The position numbers were made by a program, and so were the translations under genes. A DNA stretch of 64,000 bases from NCBI GenBank assembly GCA_038063535.1, contig JBBTUV010000001.1:21570-85569 (forward strand), read 5' to 3'. Under the pieces are notes generated by a model. It saw only the letters and a program-made list of their open reading frames with translations. It made no database searches and was not told the DNA's origin. This document shows, piece by piece, positions 9,789 through 19,175 of the stretch; the first letter of the stretch is position 1; every line of letters starts with the position of its first letter. Origin of the DNA: Patescibacteria group bacterium. GTDB taxonomy: Bacteria > Patescibacteriota > Minisyncoccia > Phycocordibacterales > UBA9973.

Positions 9789-11704
9789 TCCGACACAATA
9801 TCCCCACCGGGAGGAAAAGACGAATCGCCCACAAGTCGGGTGGTAAGCGTTCCTTTCTGCAATCGTACATCCACATTAGCAAAATCGTCGTGGCCGGTCA
9901 AAACCGATTCATTTACGATTGTCGGTGCGGTGCCAACCTGCGAAAGCGAAGGAGTAAAGCCAACCTGAAAAGAAATGGAGACGGCTCCCGCGCTAATGCC
10001 GGCACCCTTTGGAATATTTCCGACATTCCAAACAACCTCGCGGGTCTGGGTGTTATAGGTAAGGTCAGAGTCCTTCGGAGAAATCGGCCCGAGAAACTTG
10101 ACCCAAGACGGCAGACTCGAGCGAAGCTGCGCTTTGGAGATATTGTTGGAAGTATTCGAAAGTGACCAGGTGATAGTGTAGGTGGTCTCCCGCTCGACCT
10201 TCGGGGGAACCGAGCCTCGATTGGTAAATGGCCCGGAGAGGAAGAGCGCTTTTGCCGCAAAACCGACGTCCGAACTTATCCTTACCGTTTTTGATTCCTT
10301 GTTGCTCACTTCTTTTGCATCATATGTCTCAAGCGGCTGCCGGCCGGAGATCGAAACTTCGATATCTATCGAAGGCTGTGAAAGCACTCCCTTGGAAGCT
10401 CCGAAGAGAGACACGGAAGAGAGAGAAAAGGGTACCGAGCCCACGGCACCAGGGCCGACTTCAGCAAAATCCCTTTCGCTATTCTTATCCCAAGTTATCG
10501 TATCGTCGAGCGAATTATAAAAACCTTTAGGGCTATAGATAGTTTTCCGGTCGAGGGCATTACCGGAGAGTTTGGCACGGATCACAAGGTCGTTCACTTT
10601 CGTCTCGAGATTGTTCGCCCATCGGATCTCTCCTTCGATCGGAGTGCGTGAGCTCGATGCATACTCACCGCTATAGACGCCGTTGATGTAAAGCCGCGCT
10701 TCGATTAGGGCTTTTTTGATCGCAACACGGTGGCTTATTGTATTGAAGATGGTCTCGATTACCCCGCGGGTTCGCGCAGATTCGAGGCCGCCGGATACCC
10801 GAAAGGTTTTCTCTTCTCCGTCGAAGACATCGAGCATTTTTCCTGAAATGGTTACCGAGCTATCCGCTCCTGGTGAAAGATCGCCAATCGCCCAAACATT
10901 GTTTCCAAAAGAGGGAGCTGGCGTTGCCGAAGAAAACTGGAAGCCAGTTGGGTAATCGACCCGGAGAAGGAGACCGATTACGGGCTTAGAGGCGTTGTCA
11001 ATAGCTTTTACTGTAAGCGAAAAATTTTGGTTCGGGCTGGCTTCCTCAGGGGCGCTTACCACCAGGTCGACTGGTGTGGAATTGATCGTTACGTCGTAGA
11101 TCCTTTCTTTTTTGAAGAAAGAATTCGAGTTCTCCACCCGGTACTCGATGGAAATTCTTATGCTTCGGACGCTGCCCTGCTCGCCGAAGAGAACAGGTTT
11201 TACATTCGCGCTCCGGGAAGCACCGGCGGGGATGTCGCCGAGGGTTTCTCGGATCCGTTCTGTTTCGCCGGAAAGATCGGCGCTTTTCGGATATTCAACT
11301 ATAAGGTCGACAAGCTCAAGGTCCACGCTATTGCGGTTCGCCACATCGATGGTAAGTGGCAGCTCCTCACCGCCGGCGGAAAAAGTGTTCCCCAGCACCG
11401 AGATATCGATGTTTTTCGCGGAGACGGTGTTTTTATCGGAAAAAAAAGAGTACCCTCCGTAGATGAGAGCTAGAATGAAAAACGCCAGAGAAAAGAAAAA
11501 AAATTTCTTGAAAAATTTCGACTTCTTAAAAGACTGGCCTGGTTCCGGCGCTGGAGTGCCCCTCTCCCATGATTCGGGCACATCGAGATGCCGCGCGGGG
11601 GTAAAGCTGTCGCGGTGCTCGACTTTAGTGGGAAAATCTTTGCTCCAGAGTTTGCTTTTTAGTTCTTCGAGGCGGTTAAGTTTCTCTTTATCGTCGGGCG
11701 GCAT
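9785..11704 (-). CDS. hypothetical membrane-anchored protein with large extracytoplasmic beta-rich region
   Basis: Cytoplasmic N-terminus, then a single TM (FFFFSLAFFILALIYGGYSFF), then about 560 aa rich in S/T/N/G. No catalytic motif seen. Confidence 0.5.
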   Translation of the reverse strand: MPPDDKEKLNRLEELKSKLWSKDFPTKVEHRDSFTPARHLDVPESWERGTPAPEPGQSFKKSKFFKKFFFFSLAFFILALIYGGYSFFSDKNTVSAKNIDISVLGNTFSAGGEELPLTIDVANRNSVDLELVDLIVEYPKSADLSGETERIRETLGDIPAGASRSANVKPVLFGEQGSVRSIRISIEYRVENSNSFFKKERIYDVTINSTPVDLVVSAPEEASPNQNFSLTVKAIDNASKPVIGLLLRVDYPTGFQFSSATPAPSFGNNVWAIGDLSPGADSSVTISGKMLDVFDGEEKTFRVSGGLESARTRGVIETIFNTISHRVAIKKALIEARLYINGVYSGEYASSSRTPIEGEIRWANNLETKVNDLVIRAKLSGNALDRKTIYSPKGFYNSLDDTITWDKNSERDFAEVGPGAVGSVPFSLSSVSLFGASKGVLSQPSIDIEVSISGRQPLETYDAKEVSNKESKTVRISSDVGFAAKALFLSGPFTNRGSVPPKVERETTYTITWSLSNTSNNISKAQLRSSLPSWVKFLGPISPKDSDLTYNTQTREVVWNVGNIPKGAGISAGAVSISFQVGFTPSLSQVGTAPTIVNESVLTGHDDFANVDVRLQKGTLTTRLVGDSSFPPGGDIVSE

Positions 11705-11716
11705 TTAAAGATTATA

Positions 11717-12268
11717 TCATAAGTGCGTTTCCTTGAGCGTCTGGTTGATGAGCGCGAGTATCTCCCCTCTTCGCTCTGTCACGCCAGATACGAGCTCATT
11801 TATTTTACTCTCACCGATATATCCAAGGTGATGCAAAACTTTAAGGACAATTATTATTTCCGAATTCTGCATTTCCCCCCCACTCCCCACTTGCTCGAGC
11901 GCCGAAAATCCATCGAGGATTTCGAGGAAAAGCGGCTCGTTAGAGCCTTCCCCAGGAAGAAGACGTCGCAAGAGCCGAGCGATGTTTGAAACTATTTTAA
12001 AGACTTCAAGATTTCTCGAAAGATCTTCAAGTTTGCCGGTCGGCGCGGCGCTTCCGATCCGCCAAAAATCTCTGCCTTGCACTAGATCAATTTTTACGTA
12101 AGAGTAGTCCTGCAAAATGTAGCGCAGCTTCGAAGATATTTTCCGCACTCCCGACGCCCGCGCCGTCACCATGCCGAGCTCGCGGGTAAAAACGTAAAAA
12201 TATTTTCCATCCTCGCCGAAATTCCTGCTGCCCAAAATTATCCCTTCAGTATGATAAATGTGATGCAT
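11717..12268 (-). CDS. recO: RecO-like recombination mediator (short form, no zinc finger)
   Basis: N-terminal OB-fold pattern HTEGIILGSRNFGEDGKYFYVFTRELGMVTARASGVRKISSKL...LQ. Only 183 aa. Confidence 0.55.
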   Translation of the reverse strand: MHHIYHTEGIILGSRNFGEDGKYFYVFTRELGMVTARASGVRKISSKLRYILQDYSYVKIDLVQGRDFWRIGSAAPTGKLEDLSRNLEVFKIVSNIARLLRRLLPGEGSNEPLFLEILDGFSALEQVGSGGEMQNSEIIIVLKVLHHLGYIGESKINELVSGVTERRGEILALINQTLKETHL

Positions 12269-12906
12269 TACAAATCTTCTTCTTTTCCTAGTTCTAGTTT
12301 TTTGAATTCAATCCCGAGAGGCGGCAAAACATTTCCCGGCCATTTCCAAATGAAAGATGCCCACTCTTGGATAAACGCATCATGCACTGGAAAGGAAATT
12401 CGTGGTTTTAGGGCTTGGGCATAAAGGAGAGCGTCTTTCATCCGCATCCAGGGCCCAGCCACGGGTAGCGCCAGAATCTCAACGGGATGTCCAGGGTCCT
12501 CGAAGGCATCGCCGGGGTAGCAGAGCGAATCGATCATGTACCCGGTATTCTGCACCCGCCCCATCGATTCGTAAATTTCTGCGTGCAAATTGCCGAAGGA
12601 GCAAATAGCCACCCCGGAGATCTCTTTTTCTTGGCCTTTTTCAACTACCTGGTGGGTAATGCCCGCTTGGTCGAGGAGTTTCCCGACTGCGGTGTTGGTA
12701 ATGACAAGAGCTTTCGGGCTACTCTCAAGAACCTTTTTCAAAGTCTCAATGTGTAGATGGTCCCCGTGCTCGTGAGTAATTAAAATAGCGGTGATGTTTT
12801 CCTCTCTCTCTGCCCCCTTGGTAAAATCTCCCGGATCAGTCATTATCCTGACCCCTTCCTTTGGCTCCGCCACGAAACAGCAGTGCCCTATTTTTTTTAC
12901 CTTCAT
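12268..12906 (-). CDS. MBL-fold metallo-hydrolase
   Basis: ILITHEHGDHLHI (HxHxDH) plus downstream His/Asp ligands. 1-nt overlap with the recO-like gene. Confidence 0.75.
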   Translation of the reverse strand: MKVKKIGHCCFVAEPKEGVRIMTDPGDFTKGAEREENITAILITHEHGDHLHIETLKKVLESSPKALVITNTAVGKLLDQAGITHQVVEKGQEKEISGVAICSFGNLHAEIYESMGRVQNTGYMIDSLCYPGDAFEDPGHPVEILALPVAGPWMRMKDALLYAQALKPRISFPVHDAFIQEWASFIWKWPGNVLPPLGIEFKKLELGKEEDL

Positions 12907-12950
12907 CTACCTATTTTATCACAGATACTTTGCTTCTTCATTTCAAAAAT

Positions 12951-12990
12951 ACATATTATGCATTATGGGAGCGGCCGCTACCATTATATG
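12951..12990. repeat. ~40-bp direct repeat copy A (ACATATTATGCATTATGGGAGCGGCCGCTACCATTATATG), upstream of the MBL/recO-like operon
   Basis: Aligned by eye with copy B at 13571-13610. 26/30 identities in the core. Central NotI-like palindrome GCGGCCGC flanked by inverted CATAATGG / CCATTATG half-sites. Confidence 0.7.
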
Positions 12991-13007
12991 ATATATGATA
13001 AATGTAT

Positions 13008-13568
13008 CTATAGGTTGAAGTATTTTTCCAGTATATTTCTGTTAGTGATATCTTTTGCCAAGATTAGATGGACATACTTCCCGATCTCCCAGTAATTTGC
13101 AATAAAGTCAATCTCTTTCTGGCACCGAAAGGGATAAACCCAAACGCTGTCATTAAATTTAACAAATCCGAGCTCCTTCATTTTCTCCCTCAAGGAATCC
13201 CGAGCGGCCTTTTTCTTCTCGGGGATATCAAAAACTACAACACGAAAATTCCTATCCCATATCTTGGGCTCTTTGATTTTCATCTCTTCATAATTGAAGC
13301 GTAGATAAACTTTCCGCCCGTTCTCCGTCAAAACCAGCTTGTGATGCTTGCCTTCCTCTACAATTTCGATTAATCTCTGCTTTCTTAGTCTAAGAAAATA
13401 TGTTGAGATCCGCTTTGGCCTCTCATTTAATCCAAAAATTTCCTTTATAAAATATTTCGTGACCTTGTAACTTGCCCTCCGATTCGATAAAGCAACACTG
13501 ATACCTATTCCCACCCCAAGGGCACGGATGATTTTCCCGCTATTCGATTCCTTGTCAATTACTCTCAT
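13008..13568 (-). CDS. PaaX-like transcriptional regulator (N-terminal wHTH, C-terminal Cas2/VapD-like fold)
   Basis: C-terminal segment RVVVFDIPEKKKAARDSLREKMKELGFVKFNDSVWVYP matches the Cas2-fold region of the PaaX family. N-terminal part resembles a winged helix. Confidence 0.5.
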   Translation of the reverse strand: MRVIDKESNSGKIIRALGVGIGISVALSNRRASYKVTKYFIKEIFGLNERPKRISTYFLRLRKQRLIEIVEEGKHHKLVLTENGRKVYLRFNYEEMKIKEPKIWDRNFRVVVFDIPEKKKAARDSLREKMKELGFVKFNDSVWVYPFRCQKEIDFIANYWEIGKYVHLILAKDITNRNILEKYFNL

Positions 13569-13570
13569 TC

Positions 13571-13610
13571 CATCATATTACCATAATGGGAGCGGCCGCG
13601 TTCATTATAT
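13571..13610. repeat. ~40-bp direct repeat copy B (TCATATTACCATAATGGGAGCGGCCGCGTTCATTATATG), immediately upstream of the PaaX-like gene
   Basis: See copy A. Begins 3 nt upstream of the PaaX-like start codon on the minus strand. Confidence 0.7.
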
Positions 13611-13637
13611 GTAAAGTAGATGATAACAAGAAATTGT

Positions 13638-16600
13638 TCAGATCACTAACTTTTTGAGCTCTTCGATTATGGGCGCAACCGCTTCATCAGTGATATCTTC
13701 TGGCTTTATTTTGCAATGCGCAAAAATCTGCTTCTCGATTTCCGCTCCACAGGCAACAAACTTTTGTCGTTCTTCTTCCATGCCGCGATTTTTCCATTGA
13801 TACCGAACCCGTGCTTCTTCCATGCGTTCATCGTATGAGACCACCCCATTAGGATTAACTCGATTGTCAGAATAACTCATTATCTTCACATCCATCTCGC
13901 TAGAATCTCTATGTTCACAAAGTAAACTGAAACGATCCTGAGTTGCCAGATAAATAGCTTTTTCCGGTAAACCAATCTCTTTCATGATTTGGATTGCTGG
14001 CACGTGCTCATCATGCCCATACTTATTCACATACTCGCTTTTAACATTTTCCCAGTATTTTATTTCTTCCTTATCAAAATCGGAGAAATAAGTCAGATCG
14101 GTTTTAATAATATTCCCCATGTCGTGAAAAAGAGCCGCTAGTATCAGATCGTTTTTGTCGACCGGTGAAGAAAAATTATCGCAAATCAAAGTCACCACGG
14201 CTGCAACACGGAGCATATGCTCCTGTAATCGCGGAAATATCTTGTATTTCTTATAAATTTCCATTACCTTAAGCGGCATTTTGTCTCCAGGATTAAGGCC
14301 CAGTTTCTTCCTGCGATCCTGAAGTTCGCGCATAAATTCACGATACTCCCCTTCCATTTTTAACTCAGTAGTTATCTCAGTAGATAATTTAAATTCACTC
14401 CCCACCGTTACTTCTTTTACATTGAGTTCGTCTTTAATTAATTCAAGATATTCACTTGATAACTTTACGGACTTTATAACTTGCAACTCTTTGAGCGGTT
14501 GCCGCACAGGAATTCCGGCCTTCTGCCTAGCTTCAAGTCCCTGCGTCACAACCTCGCGAGTTATTCTCATATTCTTGAGAATATTAGAATGTATTTTCCT
14601 GGTCTTCGGCCACTCGCATATATGCACGCTCTCCTCATCTTTTTCTGTGCGCAGCTTAAGCCAAATATCTTCCGCAGTAAAAGGCGCAAACGGTGCCATC
14701 ACTTTTGCTAGGGTTTTTAGAACAAAATACAAGGTTTTCTTGGCATCTTTGTCTCCTTCTTTTATTCTTTCTCTAGAGCGGCGCAGATACCAGGTCGAAA
14801 GGTCGTTGATAAAATCACGAATCGTGCGTGTGGGCTCCATGAGTTTGTAATTGTCGAGCGATTCGGTAGTGAAATTTATGAGTTCATTAAGTCGACACAG
14901 GATCCATTGATCCAGAACATTTTTTGATTTTGGCTCTTCGTTTTTCTCTAAATTTTTATTTCGATATAATTCATAAAACGCAAGCACATTGTAAAGTAGC
15001 GTGAAAACTTGCTGGCGCAAGAGATGCACGGTCTTTTCGTCGAAATTTTTCGACTCTCCGGGCTGATTGACCGAATACATCCAGAGGCGCAAGGTGTCGG
15101 CCCCGTACTTACCAATCATCTCCCACGGGTCTACCACATTGCCCACAGATTTCGACATTTTCTTGCCCTGCGCATCGAGCAAATGCCCGAGGCATATCAC
15201 GTTTTCGTAGGCGCGGCCTCTTCCCATCAAAACCCCGACCGCGTGGAGTGTATAGAACCAACCGCGAGTCTGATCGATGGCTTCGGAAATATAGTCGGCC
15301 GGATATAAAATCTTTTTCGCATCGAAGGGATAGTGATCCTGCGCAAACGGCATCGCCCCCGAGTCGAGCCAGACGTCCATCACTTCTTTTACCCGCCGGA
15401 ATTCCTTGCCGTTCTTTTCCAATATGATTTCGTCAATATACGGCCGATGCAGATCAAGCTCGAAATCGTCATTGCGCGGAAGCGGGATTAATTTGACCGG
15501 CTTGACCTCGCCATTTTTGAAGAAATCTTCCGAAGAACTTTTAAGTACCATCGCTTCTCTTTCATTCCTGCCCTCCGCTGCTGAATGGAGCATCCAGAGA
15601 GAATCTTCATGCGCGACTATAAGAATTTTTTTATTTTTATAAGTCTTTTCTATTTCCTTTAGAAATTTTCCCACTCGCATCTTTACGTCATAAAGTGACT
15701 CGCCGCCCGGCGCTGCTTCTCTAAACCTGTTGCTAGGATTTGAAAAAGCTGCCCAATACTCTTTGATCGGCCGGCCCTCAAGATTTCCAAACCCGATTTC
15801 CCGAAGACGCTCGTCATAGACAACTGCGCTCTCAGAGAGTTTTAGTTCCTTTCGAACAATTTCCGCCGATTGGCGAGTCCGCTCTAGTGGAGAGGCAATA
15901 ATAAAATCAATGCTGTGCTTTTTAAGTTTCTCGGCGGAATTAATTACTTGTTTCTCGCCCTTCTGTGTTAGAGGATTCTTTGCGTTTGGATCGGAGCTCA
16001 CAAACCCTTTTTCGTTGCTCTCTGCTCCACCGTGGCGCATGAGGAGGTACTCGTTATTTGCACTCTTTGAATATTTTTTGAGCGTGGCCAGCGAATCGAT
16101 TACGATTTTCTCTCCGTCCTCTGCCATCCACACCGGCAAAGGGGTCCCCCAGTAGCGCTCACGCGATATTGCCCAATCCTTTACATCGCGGAGCCACTCA
16201 CCAAAGCGCCCCTCGCGGATATGCGCGGGCTCCCAGTTTATTTTTTTGTTTTCACTGATCAGTTTTTTCTTAATTTTTGGCTCCGACATCCGGATGTACC
16301 AAGAATCGCGGGCATAATATATGAGCCGTGTCTTGCATCGCCAGCAAAATGGGTATGAGTGGGTATAAGACTCTTTTGCAAAGACTAAATTTCTCTTTTG
16401 CAGGTCCTTCAGGATATCCACCGCAAGCACTTCATCCACTACTGATCTACCGGAGAGCCAGTCCGTTCCATCTATAAATTTCCCGTCTGGGTCCACTAAA
16501 TGCTGCTTGGGTAAACCGACTTTTGTCCCAAGCTCAAAATCATCCTGCCCATACATGACAGCGGTGTGCACGATGCCGGTACCTTCTTCGGTCGATACAA

Positions 16601-17483
16601 AATCCGCTGCGTAAACCTTGTATGCATTTCCTATATTCTCGGGATTTTTGTTTTTAAGAAACGGGTAAAGCGGCTCGTATTCCATACCGATCATTTCGCT
16701 CCCTTTGTGCTCGGCAATAATTTCGTAATTTTCAAGAACACTTAACCTGTCTTTTGCAAGCACAAAAATTTCTTCCCCAACTTTTGCTTCTACATAAATA
16801 ATATCTTTCCCCACAGCTAGCGCCACATTCCCGGGCAAAGTCCACGGCGTCGTGGTCCAAGCCAAAAAATACGCATTCGGGAATCCAATAATCTTAAATT
16901 TTGCCGTGACCGACAAATCTTTCACATCTTCATACCCCTGCGCGAGCTCGTGCGAAGAGAGCACCGTGCCGCAGCGCGGGCACCAAGGAACAACTTTGTA
17001 ATCCTTGTATAAAAGTTTTTGCTTGTCTACATGGGCGATGATGTTCCAAACCGATTCAATGTAATCATTCTCGTATGTTATGTATGGATCCTCCTGATCG
17101 ATCCAAAATCCGATGCGCTCGGTAAATTTGCTCCAGTTGTCAACCTGTTCCCAAACATTCTTTCGGCATTCATCGTTAAATTTCGCCACACCGTATTTCT
17201 CAATCGCTTTTTTAGAATTGAGGCCGAGTTTTTTCTCGACTTGGAGCTCGACCGGAAGCCCATGAGTATCCCAGCCACCCTTCCGGCGCACATGATATCC
17301 GCGCATGGTCTTATATCTGGGAATAGCATCCTTAAAAGCCCGCGCCTCGAGGTGGTGAATGCCCGGCGCGGCGTTGGCCGTCGGCGGACCTTCATAGAAA
17401 ACAAATTCTTTGCCACCCTTTTTGAGCGACTTTTCAAAAATTTTATTTTTCCTCCAGAATTCTAAAATTTCCTCCTCACGCAT
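13638..17483 (-). CDS. ileS: isoleucyl-tRNA synthetase with inserted histidine-phosphatase domain and C-terminal HD domain
   Basis: IleRS hallmarks: PPTANAAPGIHHLEAR (HIGH region), editing domain, WAISRERYWGTPLPVW, DVWLDSG, KMSKSVGNVVDP. Inserted at about aa 478-660: LLMRHGGAESN...SPLERTRQSAE...IVAHEDSL (RHG histidine-phosphatase/PGM motifs). C-terminal about 200 aa: H..(28)..LFHDMGN...D (HD-domain metal ligands). Confidence 0.9.
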   Translation of the reverse strand: MREEEILEFWRKNKIFEKSLKKGGKEFVFYEGPPTANAAPGIHHLEARAFKDAIPRYKTMRGYHVRRKGGWDTHGLPVELQVEKKLGLNSKKAIEKYGVAKFNDECRKNVWEQVDNWSKFTERIGFWIDQEDPYITYENDYIESVWNIIAHVDKQKLLYKDYKVVPWCPRCGTVLSSHELAQGYEDVKDLSVTAKFKIIGFPNAYFLAWTTTPWTLPGNVALAVGKDIIYVEAKVGEEIFVLAKDRLSVLENYEIIAEHKGSEMIGMEYEPLYPFLKNKNPENIGNAYKVYAADFVSTEEGTGIVHTAVMYGQDDFELGTKVGLPKQHLVDPDGKFIDGTDWLSGRSVVDEVLAVDILKDLQKRNLVFAKESYTHSYPFCWRCKTRLIYYARDSWYIRMSEPKIKKKLISENKKINWEPAHIREGRFGEWLRDVKDWAISRERYWGTPLPVWMAEDGEKIVIDSLATLKKYSKSANNEYLLMRHGGAESNEKGFVSSDPNAKNPLTQKGEKQVINSAEKLKKHSIDFIIASPLERTRQSAEIVRKELKLSESAVVYDERLREIGFGNLEGRPIKEYWAAFSNPSNRFREAAPGGESLYDVKMRVGKFLKEIEKTYKNKKILIVAHEDSLWMLHSAAEGRNEREAMVLKSSSEDFFKNGEVKPVKLIPLPRNDDFELDLHRPYIDEIILEKNGKEFRRVKEVMDVWLDSGAMPFAQDHYPFDAKKILYPADYISEAIDQTRGWFYTLHAVGVLMGRGRAYENVICLGHLLDAQGKKMSKSVGNVVDPWEMIGKYGADTLRLWMYSVNQPGESKNFDEKTVHLLRQQVFTLLYNVLAFYELYRNKNLEKNEEPKSKNVLDQWILCRLNELINFTTESLDNYKLMEPTRTIRDFINDLSTWYLRRSRERIKEGDKDAKKTLYFVLKTLAKVMAPFAPFTAEDIWLKLRTEKDEESVHICEWPKTRKIHSNILKNMRITREVVTQGLEARQKAGIPVRQPLKELQVIKSVKLSSEYLELIKDELNVKEVTVGSEFKLSTEITTELKMEGEYREFMRELQDRRKKLGLNPGDKMPLKVMEIYKKYKIFPRLQEHMLRVAAVVTLICDNFSSPVDKNDLILAALFHDMGNIIKTDLTYFSDFDKEEIKYWENVKSEYVNKYGHDEHVPAIQIMKEIGLPEKAIYLATQDRFSLLCEHRDSSEMDVKIMSYSDNRVNPNGVVSYDERMEEARVRYQWKNRGMEEERQKFVACGAEIEKQIFAHCKIKPEDITDEAVAPIIEELKKLVI

Positions 17484-17516
17484 TGTGGGTTAAGTTTAGC
17501 ACAAAAAAGCCTTATT

Positions 17517-19175
17517 TTACATTCTCTCCGGGGCCTTGATGCCCAAGAGATACAGCCCCTTTTCGAGGACTTTGGCGTAGGCCGAGGTAAGAGCCAGCTT
17601 GTAGGGCGAATAGATATCTTTCACGTCGAGAATTTTATTGCTTCCGTAGTAACTATTGAACGCACGAGCGAGGTCGATAAGATAATTGGCAATGTGGTGC
17701 GGCTCGTATTCTTGGGCAGCGCGGGCAACCACTTCTGGGAATCTGTAAAGAAGTTTCTCCGTTTCCGACACTTCAGCCGGAAGCTCATTGAAATTGGGAA
17801 ACATGTTTTCCTCTTTGGCTTTTGCAAGAACTGATTTTGCTCGAGCGTATGAATATTGCAAATACGGACCCGAATCGCCCTCGAGCGAAACCGATTTCTC
17901 GACGTCGAAAATCACATCCGCGCCGGCGGCTTGCCGGAGAATCACATATTTTATCGCCGCCACCGCCGCATCGATATTGTCGCGGGCTTTTCCTTTGAGC
18001 TCGGAGATAAGATCGAGAGCGGGGAGCGCCGTTCCCTCGCGCGAGGATATTTTCCCCGCTTTCCCGCGGGAGAGGCGCATCAGCCCGTGAGTGATGTGAA
18101 AAATTTTTCCTTCGTATTTCTTATCTATCAGGGAAAGCGCTTTGGCCACTACCCTCATGTATTCTTTCTGCTCGCTCCCGGTTACCATGATCGCAAGCGA
18201 GAGATCCCGCACTTGATCAAGTTTGAGATACGCAAGACCGAGCTCCTTCCCTTCATATGTTGGCAGGCCTTCTTTGGTCAGAAACACGCGAGTGTGAAGC
18301 GACGGATCGTGCTTCTCTGCGCGGAAGATGACCGCGCCCTCGCTTTCCTCGAAAATCTTGCCGATATTTTCTCGGACTAATTGCTCTCCCCAAACGGCAG
18401 CTTTGCTCTCGAGGAAATAAAAGTCGAATTTGGTGCCGAGAATTTTGTAAACTTCCTCGAAAGCCTCCATCGTCGCTTCGAAGCCCCAGGTGTAGAGATC
18501 ATTTATTTCCCCATCGCTCCGTTTGTATATCTTTTTATTTATCTCGTCGATCTCATGCTTCGCCTCCGGGTCAGTCTCATACGCCTCCGCTCCGTAGGCG
18601 TAGGCCTTGCCGATGTAGAGAGCCTGATTCTGCAGAGTTTCGTTTTTGAGCCTGTATTCTTCGGGCTTTTTCAAAAGGCCGTAAATGGCCCGTGCCACGT
18701 GCAGGCCCACATCGCCTTGATAGTTCGCGCGCAGGACTTCTGCCCCGGAGTACTCAAGCACACGCGCGACCGCTTCCCCGATCGCATTCGTCATCAGGTG
18801 TCCGATATGCAAGGGTTTGAAAGGGTTCGGGTCGGTGTACTCGACCATGATCTTTTTGCCCTTGTTTAAATTATTTTTTCCGAAATCCTCGTCATTTAAA
18901 ATTTTCTTCACAGAATCCTGGAAAAAATATTTATTGAGGTAAAAATTAATGAAACCGGGCCCCGCTACTTCCACTTTCTCGATTTCACTCGGCATATTTT
19001 TTTTGAGTTCCGCAGCGATTTCCTCTGCCTTGCCTTTGCCAAGCCTAAAAGCCACGTTCGTCGAGTAATCACCCATTATTAAATCCGCCGGATGCTCAAG
19101 GTGAACTGCATCTCCCTGTACCTTGAGGGCCTTGAGCGAATTTTCTATCGATTTTTTTATTTTTTCTTCGATCAT
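17517..19175 (-). CDS. argS: arginyl-tRNA synthetase
   Basis: N-terminal Add-1 domain, catalytic HIGHLMTNAIGEAV, C-terminal DALR anticodon-binding domain. Confidence 0.95.
   Translation of the reverse strand: MIEEKIKKSIENSLKALKVQGDAVHLEHPADLIMGDYSTNVAFRLGKGKAEEIAAELKKNMPSEIEKVEVAGPGFINFYLNKYFFQDSVKKILNDEDFGKNNLNKGKKIMVEYTDPNPFKPLHIGHLMTNAIGEAVARVLEYSGAEVLRANYQGDVGLHVARAIYGLLKKPEEYRLKNETLQNQALYIGKAYAYGAEAYETDPEAKHEIDEINKKIYKRSDGEINDLYTWGFEATMEAFEEVYKILGTKFDFYFLESKAAVWGEQLVRENIGKIFEESEGAVIFRAEKHDPSLHTRVFLTKEGLPTYEGKELGLAYLKLDQVRDLSLAIMVTGSEQKEYMRVVAKALSLIDKKYEGKIFHITHGLMRLSRGKAGKISSREGTALPALDLISELKGKARDNIDAAVAAIKYVILRQAAGADVIFDVEKSVSLEGDSGPYLQYSYARAKSVLAKAKEENMFPNFNELPAEVSETEKLLYRFPEVVARAAQEYEPHHIANYLIDLARAFNSYYGSNKILDVKDIYSPYKLALTSAYAKVLEKGLYLLGIKAPERM

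Noticed and set aside
12951-13610. Considered whether the two direct repeats could be a minimal CRISPR array
   Set aside because: There are only two copies. The intervening 'spacer' is a 561-nt protein-coding gene. The repeats are not identical. No cas genes are nearby, and the Cas2-like fold of the PaaX-like protein is a family-level resemblance only.
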